This document shows positions 51,401 through 64,000 of a stretch of 64,000 bases of DNA, piece by piece (the first letter of the stretch is position 1; each line of letters starts with the position of its first letter). This DNA is from Podarcis cretensis (lineage: Eukaryota): contig OX638152.1 in assembly GCA_951804945.1 (NCBI GenBank), positions 59,086,001 through 59,150,000 on the forward strand, written 5' to 3'. The notes beneath the pieces were generated by a model. The model searched no databases. It had not been told where the DNA came from and saw only the letters and a program-made list of their open reading frames with translations. The position numbers and the translations under genes are program-made.

Positions 51401-54400
51401 AATGATGAAATTGCATTAAAAGTCTCCCTAGATATCATATGGAGCTGTGCCAGGCCATGGATTGTTTAGCGGTTGTGTGATTTCCTCCATGGCCCAAGCA
51501 CTTTTAAAGCATTAAATTGTAGTTTAGATATATAACATCTAGGTAGACAAGACAAATATAGCTGTACTAAATAGGTTCATAAAGAGAAAAGTGGATTTGT
51601 TTAGAGGATTTGTCTTCATTAATGAAACTGACTGATATAGCCATACATGTGGTCTTTTTCAATTCTAAATCCTCCTTGGACAGAGATGTTTTGGAGACTA
51701 TTGGCATTAGCTTGCATTAGCCTCTTCAGGACAAAACTCTACCATTTCATGCATAACAAGCAGCTTTTTATCGTTAATGTCTCTCCCGCATATGATGTAA
51801 CATAGGAAAGGGGAACTCAGTAAAGAAGGATGTCATCTTGATTTTGTTTTTCCACTTCCAAAGACAGACAAAGGGATCTGCCTCCAGCAGTGCTCTCCCT
51901 TCAGACACTCAATAGCAGACAGAAATAGGTTTAGCATAATTGATTTAGCATTGTAGGGGGACACCGCATCATGTGATGACAAGTAGCTTGTGCCAGCTTC
52001 AAAGGTCATTGCTACGTAAGTGTGCCCTATGGTGTATTATCTGTAAACATGGCTCTTGATTTAGTGTAATTGATTTAAAGCTGGATAGTTTGCCAAATTG
52101 ATTTGCAAGATGAATCACTGCTGAGATGAAAGTTCTGTGTAGTTGTAAAATATCCACAAATATAAGCCAACTCTCAGCAGTATCCAGTGGTAGTCCCACT
52201 CAGAATAGATCCATTGAAATTAATGAATAGGCTCGTCATTTTCAGTGGGTTGTATGTAATATAGTGCAATGGTGAACATTCTTTCCCTCTCCTCCCTCCA
52301 TGAGCCTCCTAATTCTAGGTTTTCCCCCAACCCTCCAGAGAAAATTTGGGCATGGTGCAGGGAGAGATGGAAAATCCCATTGTGCTATCATAACTATTCA
52401 ATTGAATAGCCCACACTGAGCATAACTTAGCCGAATATAACCCTCTGTGTCTGCCATCCTTCTTTACCATCCTGATGGCAAAATAGTGATGTTTCCCATC
52501 AACTACAATGTGAGGATTGAAAACAACCGAGGGACACAATGGAGCCCTTTTCTAGTTATGCTTCAAATGTTTTGCAGGTACGATGCAGGAAGAACCGGTT
52601 TTGGTCGAAAAGTTCCATGCTACACTTTAAATTACTTTGTTCCACTTTACTCCACATCGAAATAGTTCTTGATAATGGTTTTTTTTCCTCCAATAATTTT
52701 TGACAGGTTCTTGAAAATACTTTTGTTTCTTGTTATTCTCCAGCACCCTTTCAAAGCTGGCTTTTCTCTACCATTTTGCAATGTTTCCTTATCTTTTGTA
52801 GATATGTCATTATTTGTAAAAAGTGAAAGAGCAGAGAGTTGATCTGTAACCTTTCTGTCACTTGTTCAAACATTCTTATCTCAGCGCACTCTTGATAACA
52901 TGGCATCCCCTTTTTCTTTCCAAATCTGAAAAAATCACTCACTGGCCATCTAAGTTAAAACTTCCATCATCATATATAGATGCATTATGTGATATCTCTA
53001 GAATCAGTTTTTGTTTACACTCACCCTATATCATTGAGCAAATGTTTATAATATAGTTTTGGCCGTTATAATTCACTTTCCTAACTTTTTTTTAGTAATC
53101 CCTAAAAAATATAATACTAGTTTTAACTGAGAGCTCCTCTACAGGTCTCAAATACCTACGGTATTTCCATTCTGTTTCATTGTGGGGGTGTCAAACTATG
53201 ACAGGAGACTCAGATGGGAGAGGAGGGACTGAGCTGCCACACACCCAGGATGAAAGCAGAGCCCGGAGAAAAGATCCATAACCAAGGTTGGCCTTAGTGC
53301 GGGCCAATGCTCAAATGTACCGACCAGATGGACTGGGTGATTCAATCAGTCAGCAGGCAGGTTGATTGAGGCTGGACCAAACCATGGTCTAGCTGTAGTC
53401 AATTAAGTTGTGGCATTTCCAACCCACTTTTGAACTCTAGTGTGTTATTGCCCCTGAGCAGCATGCCAGGATACATGTAGGCCACTATAGTATTCCTGCC
53501 TCAGAATGTCTCTCCATCTGGTATCCCTGGTCCACCTTCTTTCCACAGTATTTGCCCATCCTTCCTATACAAAATCACTTACTACTTTTTGCCATTCTCT
53601 TAATATTTGTTTAGAACATGGTACCAGTAGCTTCTGAAACATAAATGCTGTTTTGGGTAAAATATTGCATTTTAATTGCATTTATTCATCCTGGTATGGC
53701 TAGTCTCAGACAGTGTTAGAAACTGAGATATGAAAGCTAGGAGCTAAATGGCACCTTAAACTCAGGTTATGGGCGCAACAATGGAATGTCTGGGTGCGCT
53801 TTTTTAATAACAAGAATACAAAGCTGAAAATGAATGAACCGCAGCCAAAATCTTATGTTCATTTTTCACATGGTTTAGTCCTCATTTGCAAAAAAAAACC
53901 CCAAAGCCAAGCTTCCCCTGCCCACTCTCCTAATATTCTTAAGAGGGTCTCTTCTCCAGTCTTCAGAGAGTGGCTGGAAGTGGGGAGACAGAAAAAGGTC
54001 CTTTAATCTGAAATTAAAGGTGCAGTACTGCGCCCAGAGCTCAGAAACTGCTCGCACTAATGAAATTCCCAGCCACAAGACACGCCTAGAACAGTGGGAG
54101 TTTCAAATGCTGGACCTCAGATCCTTCCAACTTTTAAGATTTGTTTTCTGCATTTGTTTTTGGAGGGATATATAATTACCTTTATGTCGATCATTTATAT
54201 TTCTCTCTATGTTGATGCCTAGACATTCGATCTTTCGATGCCACTTAATTCCTTGAATCCTCTTTGTCCTCAAGATGTAATAACAAGTTGGCTGTTAGCC
54301 TTATTAATTTTATTCCCAACTACTTCTTCATAGTATTGTAATATTTTCACTAATTTATTTGCACAGGGAAGCCCTTTTCTTGTTCTGCTTCAAAAGGTTC

Positions 54401-55867
54401 ACACATACTGGCAGTATCGTTTTAAGGTACTGCGCTAATAGCATTGCTGTGGGATTTTTGGAGGGGCGGGGGGGGGGAATTGGATAATGAGAAAGTTGAA
54501 TTAATATCTGAAATTCCCATCTGTGTATATGTGTGATGTTCACTACCATTCATACATTAAAGCATGCAGGCCAATTTGGGGAACACATATATGTGAAGTC
54601 ACCCTTAGATCACAATTTCTATTAACATCTTCCCTCTGGAGTGTTCAGCAATAGATGAGCCTGTAAGTGAGGCTTCAGCAGAGTGGGGGCTGCACCTTCT
54701 CACTTTGTCTCCAGTGGTGAAACAGGATGGGCTGCCCCTGGTTAGCAGCATAGTTTACATACATTGTTCTTGTTCTGCGTTGTTACATAAGACAGTCTCT
54801 GTCTGCATTAAAATGTCTGCATTGAAACTAGCACACTGGTATCACAGGCCAATGCAAATTCATGGCCATACGAGTCAAACACAATCTTCTCTCCCTTGGC
54901 GAGGTCAGGCCTCTGTAGAAAACTCTCCCCCAGACATTACATTTGAGTAAATGTCATGCTTTGTCAAATCGCACAATACTAATATGCAGTTGGAGCACAC
55001 TCTGGCTGTTTCTATGAAATACGTTTTGCTGCAAACCTAGACACAAACATGCACAGCAGTGCACTGTTAATGGCTTACTTGCCCTTCCTCCCCACACATC
55101 AGAGGAAAATTAATGTAATAAGCCACTAGAGTCTGTTTCAAGGTAACATTTTTGGCAGCATTGTCCCTTCCCCTTGTGACCTTCCTCAGCATTCAGTATG
55201 CACACAAACAGATGCATGACTCAGATAATGCATCTACCCTGCACTTCTTTTCCATTTTTAGTTTGAAGGCAGAATCAAATACTGCAGCCTAGTGCACATA
55301 GGTCATAGTGGAATGAGTGGTAATGATCTTCACAACATTCTGAATGGACAAGTGAGAAAGGATTATAATCAGAGAGGCGAGAGTTATGGTAGCCAAGCTA
55401 CAAGGTAATTAGTCTGTAGTCATTATGCACTCTTTTCTGATGTGATACGAACACTGTGATGCTTCAGTGGATCCACCCATCATTGGGAATAAGGAAATCA
55501 GAGCTACACCATCTTATCTCTTACAAGACAGGGGCTGGGATCACTTTTCCAGATTTTCCTAGAAAAGCATGTAAAATATGAAATGCTAGTTTGCACCAAG
55601 TTCAAATACCAGGCGAAAGAAAGTGTACTGCACAAATAGAAGGTTTCTCCATGCATTCAAAGGATGTCACTCTATTTACTCCAAGCTCTTACACACTACT
55701 CCAAATCATTCCCTCTCTCACACACATTCACACACGCATGCACAATGGCTTGAGCAGGGGTGGGATGAAGGATGGGGAAAGACCCAGGGTATGTGATGCT
55801 CTGTACATGGCAGTTTGGATCCTGGCCTATATACCGGTAACCCATGTAAATCCATGGGGCCAGCAGA

Positions 55868-55892
55868 GTGTGTGTGTGTGTGTGTGTGTGCA

Positions 55893-55942
<50 letters not shown>
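55868..55942 (+). repeat. (TG)n-(AG)n microsatellite
   Basis: Read directly. Confidence 0.95.
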
Positions 55943-55945
<3 letters not shown>

Positions 55946-56708
55946 GAGGGAAAGTCTGTCAGGTATTAACCAGCGTTCACACAGCATTAACCTGTGTGCA
56001 GATTTGTTGGCCAGTGAGGTCACAACCAAAATAAGGGAGAAGAATGCTGGGGGCATTTCCCAGAGCAAATGTTGATGAATTCCCAATTAAACCTCAACTC
56101 CTTCCTTGGACAGTTGGACAGGCAAGGCGAAAGGAAACTGCAGCTAGTTAACTACAGCCTTTTCCATAGGTTATGCTGCTACTGTTCAGAACATTCAGTT
56201 AACCGTGCAGCGGGTAGTAGCAGCCTTCATTCTGATGAATGAGAATCCTCTGAATACTTGAACAGCCCTGTGTCCTTAACCATGAAAAGGAGGCCATCAG
56301 TTATTATGCATGCCTAAGAAGGGCTTAGTCTAGCAGGTGCCAGATAGGGTTTGGCTGGATTACAGGACTTTGGATAGCTCCAAGCAGACACTTTTCTCTG
56401 ACAACAGTTGGAGCTCAGGGGAGACCTGTATGAGGGTGTGCAGGGCCCCTGGGATCCACCCTTTGGTCCCAGATTGGGCAGATTTGTCCTGTGCTGCCCT
56501 GGAGGCTACCCACTGTGCCCCAGATCCACCCCTCAAACAATTTAAGGAGCAGCTCTAAGGGTTTTTTAAGAGGTTTTTTTTAATAAAAAAAAAAAAACAG
56601 CAGCAACCCTATTTTAACATGACGTTTCAAATAGGGTTTAAAAGGGGCTGGCATGCACCAGCACTGCATAGGATTGGATCCTCCTATTTACCAGCTGTTA
56701 AGCAAGAT

Positions 56709-56845
56709 CAGGCACCCCCAAACTCTGCCCCCCAGAGCTGTTTTGGGACTACAACTCCCATCATCCCTAGCTAACAGGACCAGTGGTCAAGGATACGGGA
56801 ATTGTAGTCCGAAAACATCTGGAGGGCCGAGTTTGGGGATGCCTG
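56709..56845. mobile_element. hAT MITE
   Basis: TIRs CAGGCACCCCCAAACT / AGTTTGGGGATGCCTG and a perfect TSD AGCAAGAT. Confidence 0.93.
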
Positions 56846-57631
56846 AGCAAGATGATCCAATTCTGCACAGTGTAGGTTGCTTGAAAAGCAGCACCTGCAG
56901 CCCACAGAAACAATGCATACCTGTTGTGTGTAGACACTGTTCCTGGGGGGAGTCAGGCAGGAAGGGGAGTTGTTGTACTGGACCAACCTTCTCCCAGGAA
57001 GACACAGCAGCTGGTCAGGTAGGTCTCAGGCCTCTTCCTGTGGTTTTCCTACCCTGCCTGATGCCTCACCCCCTGCCCTGCTGACAACCACAGGCCACTC
57101 TGGATCCATCCAACCCAACATTCATGGGAATATATGCAACCCAGCAATTCATGGGAATATATGTGACTAATCCAAGGATTCCCAATTTGGCTCAGGATTC
57201 AGGCCTAGGCCGAATCCAGTTCATAACCCTACCCTGCACCCATTTCAGGCAAGGCTACCCTACCCAGGCTCCACCTCCCACCTGAAGAACAGAGATGTAA
57301 TGTTCTAGCCTGGAGCCCAGCACTCCATAATCTCTCAGCCAGCTCCCACCTTGTCCATTGGCTGCACTAGCAAATGAATACTGAGGACATCCCTGCTGCA
57401 CATACAGGAATATTTTTTCCACACATTCAGTGACTGTGTCTAGATCAGCAGATGGAGTCTACCATTGTGATGCTATCATCTATACTGAATGCATGGAGAG
57501 GAAAAGGAGGCGCTAACAGAAGAAAGGGCTAAAAAGAAGTCTTTCCTAGCACTGTTTTTAACTAGATATACCTAAGATTACACTGATCTTCTTTACAGCC
57601 TGAATCAATTTTTCTTTCTTGTTTTGAGCTA

Positions 57632-57872
57632 CAGTGGTACCTCGGGTTACATACACTTCAGGCTACAGACGCTTCAGGTTACAGACTCTGCTAACCCAGA
57701 AATAGTACCTCGGGTTAAGAACTTTGCTTCAGGATGAGAACAGAAATCATGCGCCGGCAGTGTGGCGGCAGTGGGAGGCCCCATTAGTGAAAGTGCATCT
57801 CAGGTTAAGTACGGTTTTGGGTTAAGAACAGACCTCCAGAACGAATTAAGTACTTAACCCAGGGTACCACTG
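57632..57872 (+). mobile_element. Tigger/pogo-like MITE, copy 5
   Basis: Same TIRs, with a TA TSD. Confidence 0.92.
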
Positions 57873-59854
57873 TATTTACTGCTATCCTGCTTATACATAT
57901 GAGTGTCTTAGAGAAAAACCTGCACTTTCTCTCCAACTTTCCTCTGAAGCAACTGAAGCTTGAAGTGTCAAACAGAAGTCCAAACTTTTTTCCAAGTCAA
58001 TGAAGCAAGCATTTTGCTTTCAGTTTAGTAAATCAGTTTCTTGATATACAAAGGTGTGGTCAATGCCTCTTTCTCTATGGTGGGAAAAAAAGGCTTTCAA
58101 GCATTATGGTATGGCATGGTTTATTGGGTATTATAATATTATTTTGTTAAACATGGAACAAAACAATTTGTGGATCTTGCTGCAGTTATCTTCAAGTGAA
58201 CAGGGGATAACTGTTTTTATATACTGTGTGTTTCCTACTCAGCTGAAATATTTCGGAAAACCAGTGTCATGAATAGGTCCAGGAATGCGTTATTAATAGG
58301 CAATGTTGGTTTTGTTTCAGATAATGTTTTTGTATTCCTCCCTCAATGAGTGTCTGAGCAGGAATCTGTCAGGTCCCTCCTTCCCTCCCTGAAAACTTTT
58401 CAATGTGTTCCAAAATCTTGCATCAAAACTATATTGCTTTTCTTTTTTTCTTTTAATGGAAATACTGCACCCGTATTTTGTTATCATTTCATGTGTTTGA
58501 GCTTCCACAAGACAGTTTCTCATACTAAAAAGGTAAGTTCCTAATAGTTGTCCTCACAGCCAAGTGATCATGGTCCAGCTCACAAACCATTGCTAGGATT
58601 TATATTCAACTCATACTGATGTTTTTGTTTCCTCAGTGTAAACTGAAAATGCACATTGGCTCTATTCAGGCATTCGGTGGAGGGAGCTCCCAGTCCATAT
58701 TCTGTCATTGCAGAACCCAAGCTCCTACTCCTAACAGTCCGCTGACAGGCAAAATGGGATGAAATGTAACTTGGAGCACATGAGCAGCTCCATTCTTCTT
58801 TGGTACATTACCTTAGTTCTTTCCCTATTCCTTGTAAACATGGCAGTATAGAATTTCACTTGCGCACCTCTGCCCACTTGAAACAGGCTTTAGCTGCTTG
58901 GAAAGGCATTAGGTGAACAAATGGATAATCAAGAAAACCAGCTCTTTTTGTTGTTCTATTACTTTTCTACTCCATCCTTCTTTGTAATAGGAACAAGGTG
59001 GTGCCTTAACCCTGTTCTTTACAGTATCTTGTTATTTAAAGATCACATGATGGATCAATGGAAACTCTTCGAAGAGACAAATGTGTCACTCAGGCAACCT
59101 GTTTTTATCCTGGAGACAGTTCACAATATGTTGGAAGTAGGTGCCATAATCTCTCATTTTGGTGCACAAAAATAAATAAGGAAGACCACTCAAAGGAAAT
59201 GCTGTTACAACTAGAGCACAAAATTGCTTCGTGCTCTACAGAAGCAGGTCAAAGAGGGAGGGGTGTTAGCTCTCTGTGACTGCAAGTAGAACCATGAGAA
59301 TTCAGGTCTACTTTTGACTCTGACTCTCTCGAACTATGTGGCCCCATTAATATTACAAGCATGAGAATTAATCAAGAGAGACGTTCACCTTTGGCTCATG
59401 GAGATTTCACATCCCGCCATAAGGCAATTTCATCCCACAGGGAGCAGAACAACAGCAGCAACTTCTCTGCGTTTCCCTAATGAGCTCCCAAATTAGAGAG
59501 AACCTCTTGGCATGATAAGATGCCAATTGCCAAGAAAAGAAATACTACTGAATCATGTCACAGCAAGCGGGCACAGAGTGTCCATGTGGGGGGGGGGTTC
59601 TGCCTGAGGAATCAAAATAGCATTCCCTACCCCCAACCCAACCTACAATGCTAGGGCCAACACTTTTAAAAGTCTCAATGCATAATTCAGACATCAGTTA
59701 CTGCCATCATTTCTTCCCCATCTGAAACAGGTCATCTCCTTCTGCTGCATGGTAGAGAGAGTATTATTATTATTAATGTCATTATAAAGAGAACTGAGAT
59801 GGAGCAGGATTTGACTGGAGTCCGTATTCAGCTTTAGAAACTTGAGCATTGGGT

Positions 59855-59971
59855 GTAATTTGATCACTATCAAATTACCAACTTTGATAAAAAACCACCA
59901 ACTTTAATCAAATTAAATAAGCTATATAGAACACTTTCTATATAGCTTATTTAATTTGATCAAAGTTGGTG
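59855..59971. repeat. Double hairpin (10-bp and 36-bp arms, both with a CACT loop)
   Basis: 59855-64 and 59869-78 are perfect inverted copies. 59896-931 and 59936-971 have one mismatch. Confidence 0.92.
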
Positions 59972-60304
59972 ATGTCACATCATTTTTAAAAACTGCAATG
60001 ATTGAGATGTATTTTTTCCAATTAAAAGTGTAACAAAAGGGGGAGGGACTAAGAACAGGAGGATGGTCAATGTGCTCTTCTAAACATACCTGTAATCACA
60101 GCCAGCCCATTCACAAATGAGATTAAAGAGCTCATCTTTCAGATCAGAGCTTCTCAGCAATTTATAGTCTCAGCACTCAAGCACCGGTATGGAATGATTT
60201 TGTGATAATATTTAAAACAACAATTTATATAACATGCACTTGGTGATTATTATAATAACTCTAAAAGGCTAGCACTTCTTATCTATGCATTTTAGCACCA
60301 GAGG

Positions 60305-60467
60305 GCTGAGGTTACAAGAAGTCATTGTAGTGTATGGCTGTTAACCAGAAGGTTGGTGGTTGGAGCCCACTCAGGGATGGCTGTGGGCAGGATCCTTGCA
60401 TTGCATGGAGTAGACAAGATGACCCTCAGGGTCTCTTCCAACTCTACAATTCTGTGGTTCTATGACT
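60305..60467 (+). mobile_element. Decayed tRNA-headed SINE with CR1-like tail
   Basis: 'gttaaccagaaggttggtggttggagccca' head followed by 'gatgaccctcagggtctcttccaactctacaattctgtggttctatg' CR1-type end. Confidence 0.55.
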
Positions 60468-60569
60468 ATCTTAAGGCTATCAATGAATTCACGAGGAAAG
60501 GGCAATTTGAACTAGGGACATCCTGGTTCATAACACAGTATCTCATCCACTTAGCTCTATTATATGAAA

Positions 60570-61147
60570 GCATCTGTGGAACTTTGGGCCTTCCAGATGT
60601 TGCTGAGATACAACTCTCATCAGCCCCAGCAAGCAGGGCCAATGTCGACTATATGGGATTGGCAGAAATGACTGGCAGAATCCGAGACCAGGGAAAAGAG
60701 TCGGCGGAAGAGGACTGGAGGAAATTTAAAGATTATTTGCAGAAATATTGTAAAATCAATGAATGTTAGAATGTTGTTGGACAGAAATTAAGTGGTTACC
60801 AGCTGTAATGTAAAAGTGGAGTAATAAGCTAAAATAAGTTACAACAAGTTACAGTAAGGATTTGCTGAATTAAGATTCGAACTGGAATACAAAAGGGGGA
60901 GGTGAGAGGCGGTTCGAGAAACAATGTAATAGAAATAAGTTTTGGAAATTATATTTGTTCTGTTTTGTTTAGTTTTGTTTCTGGTTTTTTTTTTGATTGT
61001 GTATTTTTGTATTTTTGTTTTTTGTATTAAATTGGAAACTCTAATAAACTTTTACTAAAAAAAAAAAAAAGCAAGCAGGGCCAATGACCAGGGATGATGA
61101 GAGATGTAGTTCAGCAACACCTGCAGGGCCAGAGCTACCCACAGCTG
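60570..61147. mobile_element. hAT MITE split by an L1 insertion
   Basis: Left half (to 60644) and right half (from 61070) reconstitute the palindromic MITE. Confidence 0.75.
60645..61069 (+). mobile_element. L1 3' end with polyA
   Basis: Encodes DYMGLAEMTGRIRDQ...WRKFKDYLQKYC*, then AATAAA and a polyA run. Perfect 17-bp TSD AGCAAGCAGGGCCAATG (60628-44 and 61070-86). Confidence 0.93.
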
Positions 61148-62511
61148 TATTAAAGGCTGTAGTAAAGAATCTGAGGGGCAAATGGCAAACCTGCTTGCCA
61201 GGGAGACACAGGAAAAGGACATGGAAATGCCTATTATCATATCACAGCCTCTAAATTAAAATGGATGTCGGATCAGCCTTCCAGTACAGGAACACTGATC
61301 CTTATTAATCAATATCTTGTCTCCAACAAGAGCCTAACTCAACCAGTTGCTAGGGAACTGGAGTATCCAATGATAATTCCCATTCCTTCTCATGTTTCCT
61401 GTAAGCTTCTGGCAGATTTTAACCCAGGGGACCCTCACCACATACACTCACCACTGTTTTGTGTGATTTTTAAAGTCCTATTTTGAATTCATTCATACTC
61501 CATTACTGTATCCACACCCATCGTCTAAATGAGGTGTGAGGTCTCTGGTTCTTTTTATTGTGTGACAGTGTAAACAGCTGTTCCCTACCTGGCACTTTCA
61601 AACCCATTCGTGTTTTTTATGTACTTCTAGCCCAAACTCAATTAGCCTTCTCCTTTGTAATAGCATGCAGTGTGAAAGCTGCCAGGCCTTGGCAGGCATA
61701 TGTGGCAACTGTCAGCTTGTCGAATACTTTGGATATGTTTCTTCCTGCTATTTCTCTACAGGTTTTTGCTGTGTAAGCAGGGCCCTTGTAACTAGCTGTG
61801 CACTTCAGAGGCCTAAGAGCGAGGAGCTGACGGGAGTCGGCACAATTTTGCTGAAACTTCATGAAGGGGAGCGGGCCGTATCCTCATCAACCACAAATTG
61901 TCAGCTTGCAGCTGATGCAGACTGACATAATCTCCAATGGAAATGGGAGGAAGTAACTCGAGAATGTGGAGGGATTGGTGCAGACAGACAGAGAGACGGA
62001 CTTCAGAACACCATGGAGATATGATCAAGACTACATAAAGTACAGAAGTTAAGAATGTTCTATTCAGCATAAAAACTATTTGGCTTGGCCACAAGCAGCC
62101 AATTCCATAAACATTTGAACTGGTGCCCTCTCATTCTTGGATGACTTATATTTGCTTTTCATTTATTGCACACAGTCCTCGTGGTCTCCTCTCTGCTGCT
62201 CTTCTAGTGAGGAAAGAGATGTTTTTCTAAGAACAATAGTAGTGGAGGGAAACGTTTGCACATTCATTGTTGTGGTATGTGGGAAGGGGTGTCAGACAAC
62301 CCTCCACACACACACATACACACATACACACACACGTCACATAAGGTTAATGCAATTGAAATACCAGTTTATTTGTCCCAAAGTGATATTCCACATCCAA
62401 TCTTCAAGGTGAGGGTTAACCTTAGTACTTACATGTTCAGGATAGTCTTCAGAGTATTTTCTCCCCTCCCAGGTATGGTACAATGTTCATAATAGGGAGT
62501 GTTCATAATAG

Positions 62512-64000
62512 GGATTACAAGAGGGATGGCACCCAAGATTCGAAAGGTGGAAATCTGCCCCAAAATCTGCTCCGACCATAACCCAGTGAAGATGGATATG
62601 AAACTAACACCCACTGGTTCCTTTAGATGGAGAATGAATGACACCTTGTTTAGAGACTCTGAAATTGTGAAAAAGGCCCAAAAAACACTAAAAGACTACT
62701 TTGAGATAAATTTGAAGACTACCGTGGAGAAAAGAGTAATCTGGGATGCAAGTAAAGCCGTAATGAGGGGGTTTTTGATCCAGCAAAATGCTATAAAGAG
62801 GAAACTTCAAGAGGAGAAGAAAGAAAAGATTTTAGAGAAAATTAGAGAAGGCGAGAAGAGATTAAGGACCAAACCTAAGTCACAGGACATTCTACGAGAA
62901 ATTAAATTACATCAGGCACAATATTTGAAAATGGTTAACCAGGATATAGAATGGAAAATTAAACAAATGAGACAAAAAACCTTCGAATCGGCCAATAAGT
63001 GTGGAAAGCTGCTAGCTTGGCAGCTGAAGAAAAGACAGAAATTAAATACTGTTACCAATCTTGAAGTAAATGGACGAAATATACAAAACCCACGGGAGAT
63101 TCAAGACTGCTTCCAGAGATACTTTAAACAACTGTATTCACAAGGGCCACAGAATGAGATCAAAATCGAGAAATTCTTGGAAACAAATGGATTACAAAAA
63201 ATTTCTCAAGAGAATAAATTAATACTGAACGACAAAATTTCTGAACAGGAGGTTGAAGGTGCCATTAAGAACCTGCAATTAGGCAAGTCTCCAGGCCCGG
63301 ATGGGCTAACCTCCAAATACTACAAAGACATGAAAGATTACTTAATTCAACCTCTAATGGAGGTTGGCAATGAAATTATGGAAGGGAAAAGAGCGCCGGA
63401 GTCGTGGAAAGAAGCTTACATCACGCTTATACCGAAAAATGAGATAGAAAAGACACAACTAAAGAACTACCGCCCCATATCCCTACTTAATGTGGATTAT
63501 AAAATTTTTGCTGATATTTTAGCTAGAAGATTGAAAAAAGTTTTAGCAACAATGATTCATAAAGACCAAGCTGGCTTTCTCCCAGGCAGACAATTGTCAA
63601 ATAACACGAGAAACTTAATTGACATTTTAGAAAAGCTACAAGTTAATATAAATACAAAAGCTGTTTTAATATTTATTGATGCGGAGAAAGCCTTTGACAA
63701 TATTTCGTGGAGCTTTATGAGGAAAAATTTGCAAGGGATGGGGGTTGGAGAAAGGTTTGGAAACGGTATAGGCGCGATTTACTCAGAACAGAAGGCGAAA
63801 TTAATAGTGAATAATGCAGTAACGGAAGAAGTTAAGATAGAGAAAGGGACACGACAAGGCTGCCCAATTTCCCCTTTGCTTTTCATTTCAGTCCTGGAGG
63901 TCTTGCTGAATATGATTAGAAGGGACCAACAGATTCAGGGTATACAGGTCGGAGTTAAACACTATAAACTTAAAGCCTATGCAGATGACCTAGTACTGAC
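62512..64000 (+). mobile_element. 5'-truncated L1 with uninterrupted ORF2 (end of APE endonuclease plus RT), running off the window
   Basis: One frame from ATG 62526: SDHNPV, WRMND, KSPGPDG, NYRPISLLNVDYKIFA, DAEKAFD, GTRQGCPISPLLF, YADD (63978-89). No stop codon in about 490 codons. Confidence 0.96.

Noticed and set aside
60353-60769. 138-aa ORF
   Set aside because: It is a chance fusion across a SINE, a MITE half and the L1 C-terminus.

Overview
This is eukaryotic, repeat-rich, mostly non-coding vertebrate DNA, most likely from a squamate (probably a lacertid lizard), judged from six Sauria SINEs, BovB/RTE, L1, L2 and CR1 retroposons and many hAT and Tc1/pogo MITEs. I recognise no host protein-coding gene, rRNA, true tRNA or CRISPR array, so the window looks like a large intron or gene desert. 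The only real protein-like ORFs are LINE-derived: a 5'-truncated L1 at 218-1808, a decayed RTE at about 5387-6725, and an uninterrupted L1 ORF2 from about 62512 running off the window end, which the ORF track omits. The most unusual observations are: (1) a BovB insertion made of an inverted extreme 5' end fused to the extreme 3' end inside one TSD, resembling twin priming; (2) a perfect 71-bp-arm hairpin and several patchwork templated insertions that look like polymerase-theta or snap-back repair scars; (3) repeat-free, motif-dense blocks that may be conserved enhancers or unannotated exons. I found no convincing new biological system. Repeat family names come from recalled sequence features, not from a database search.
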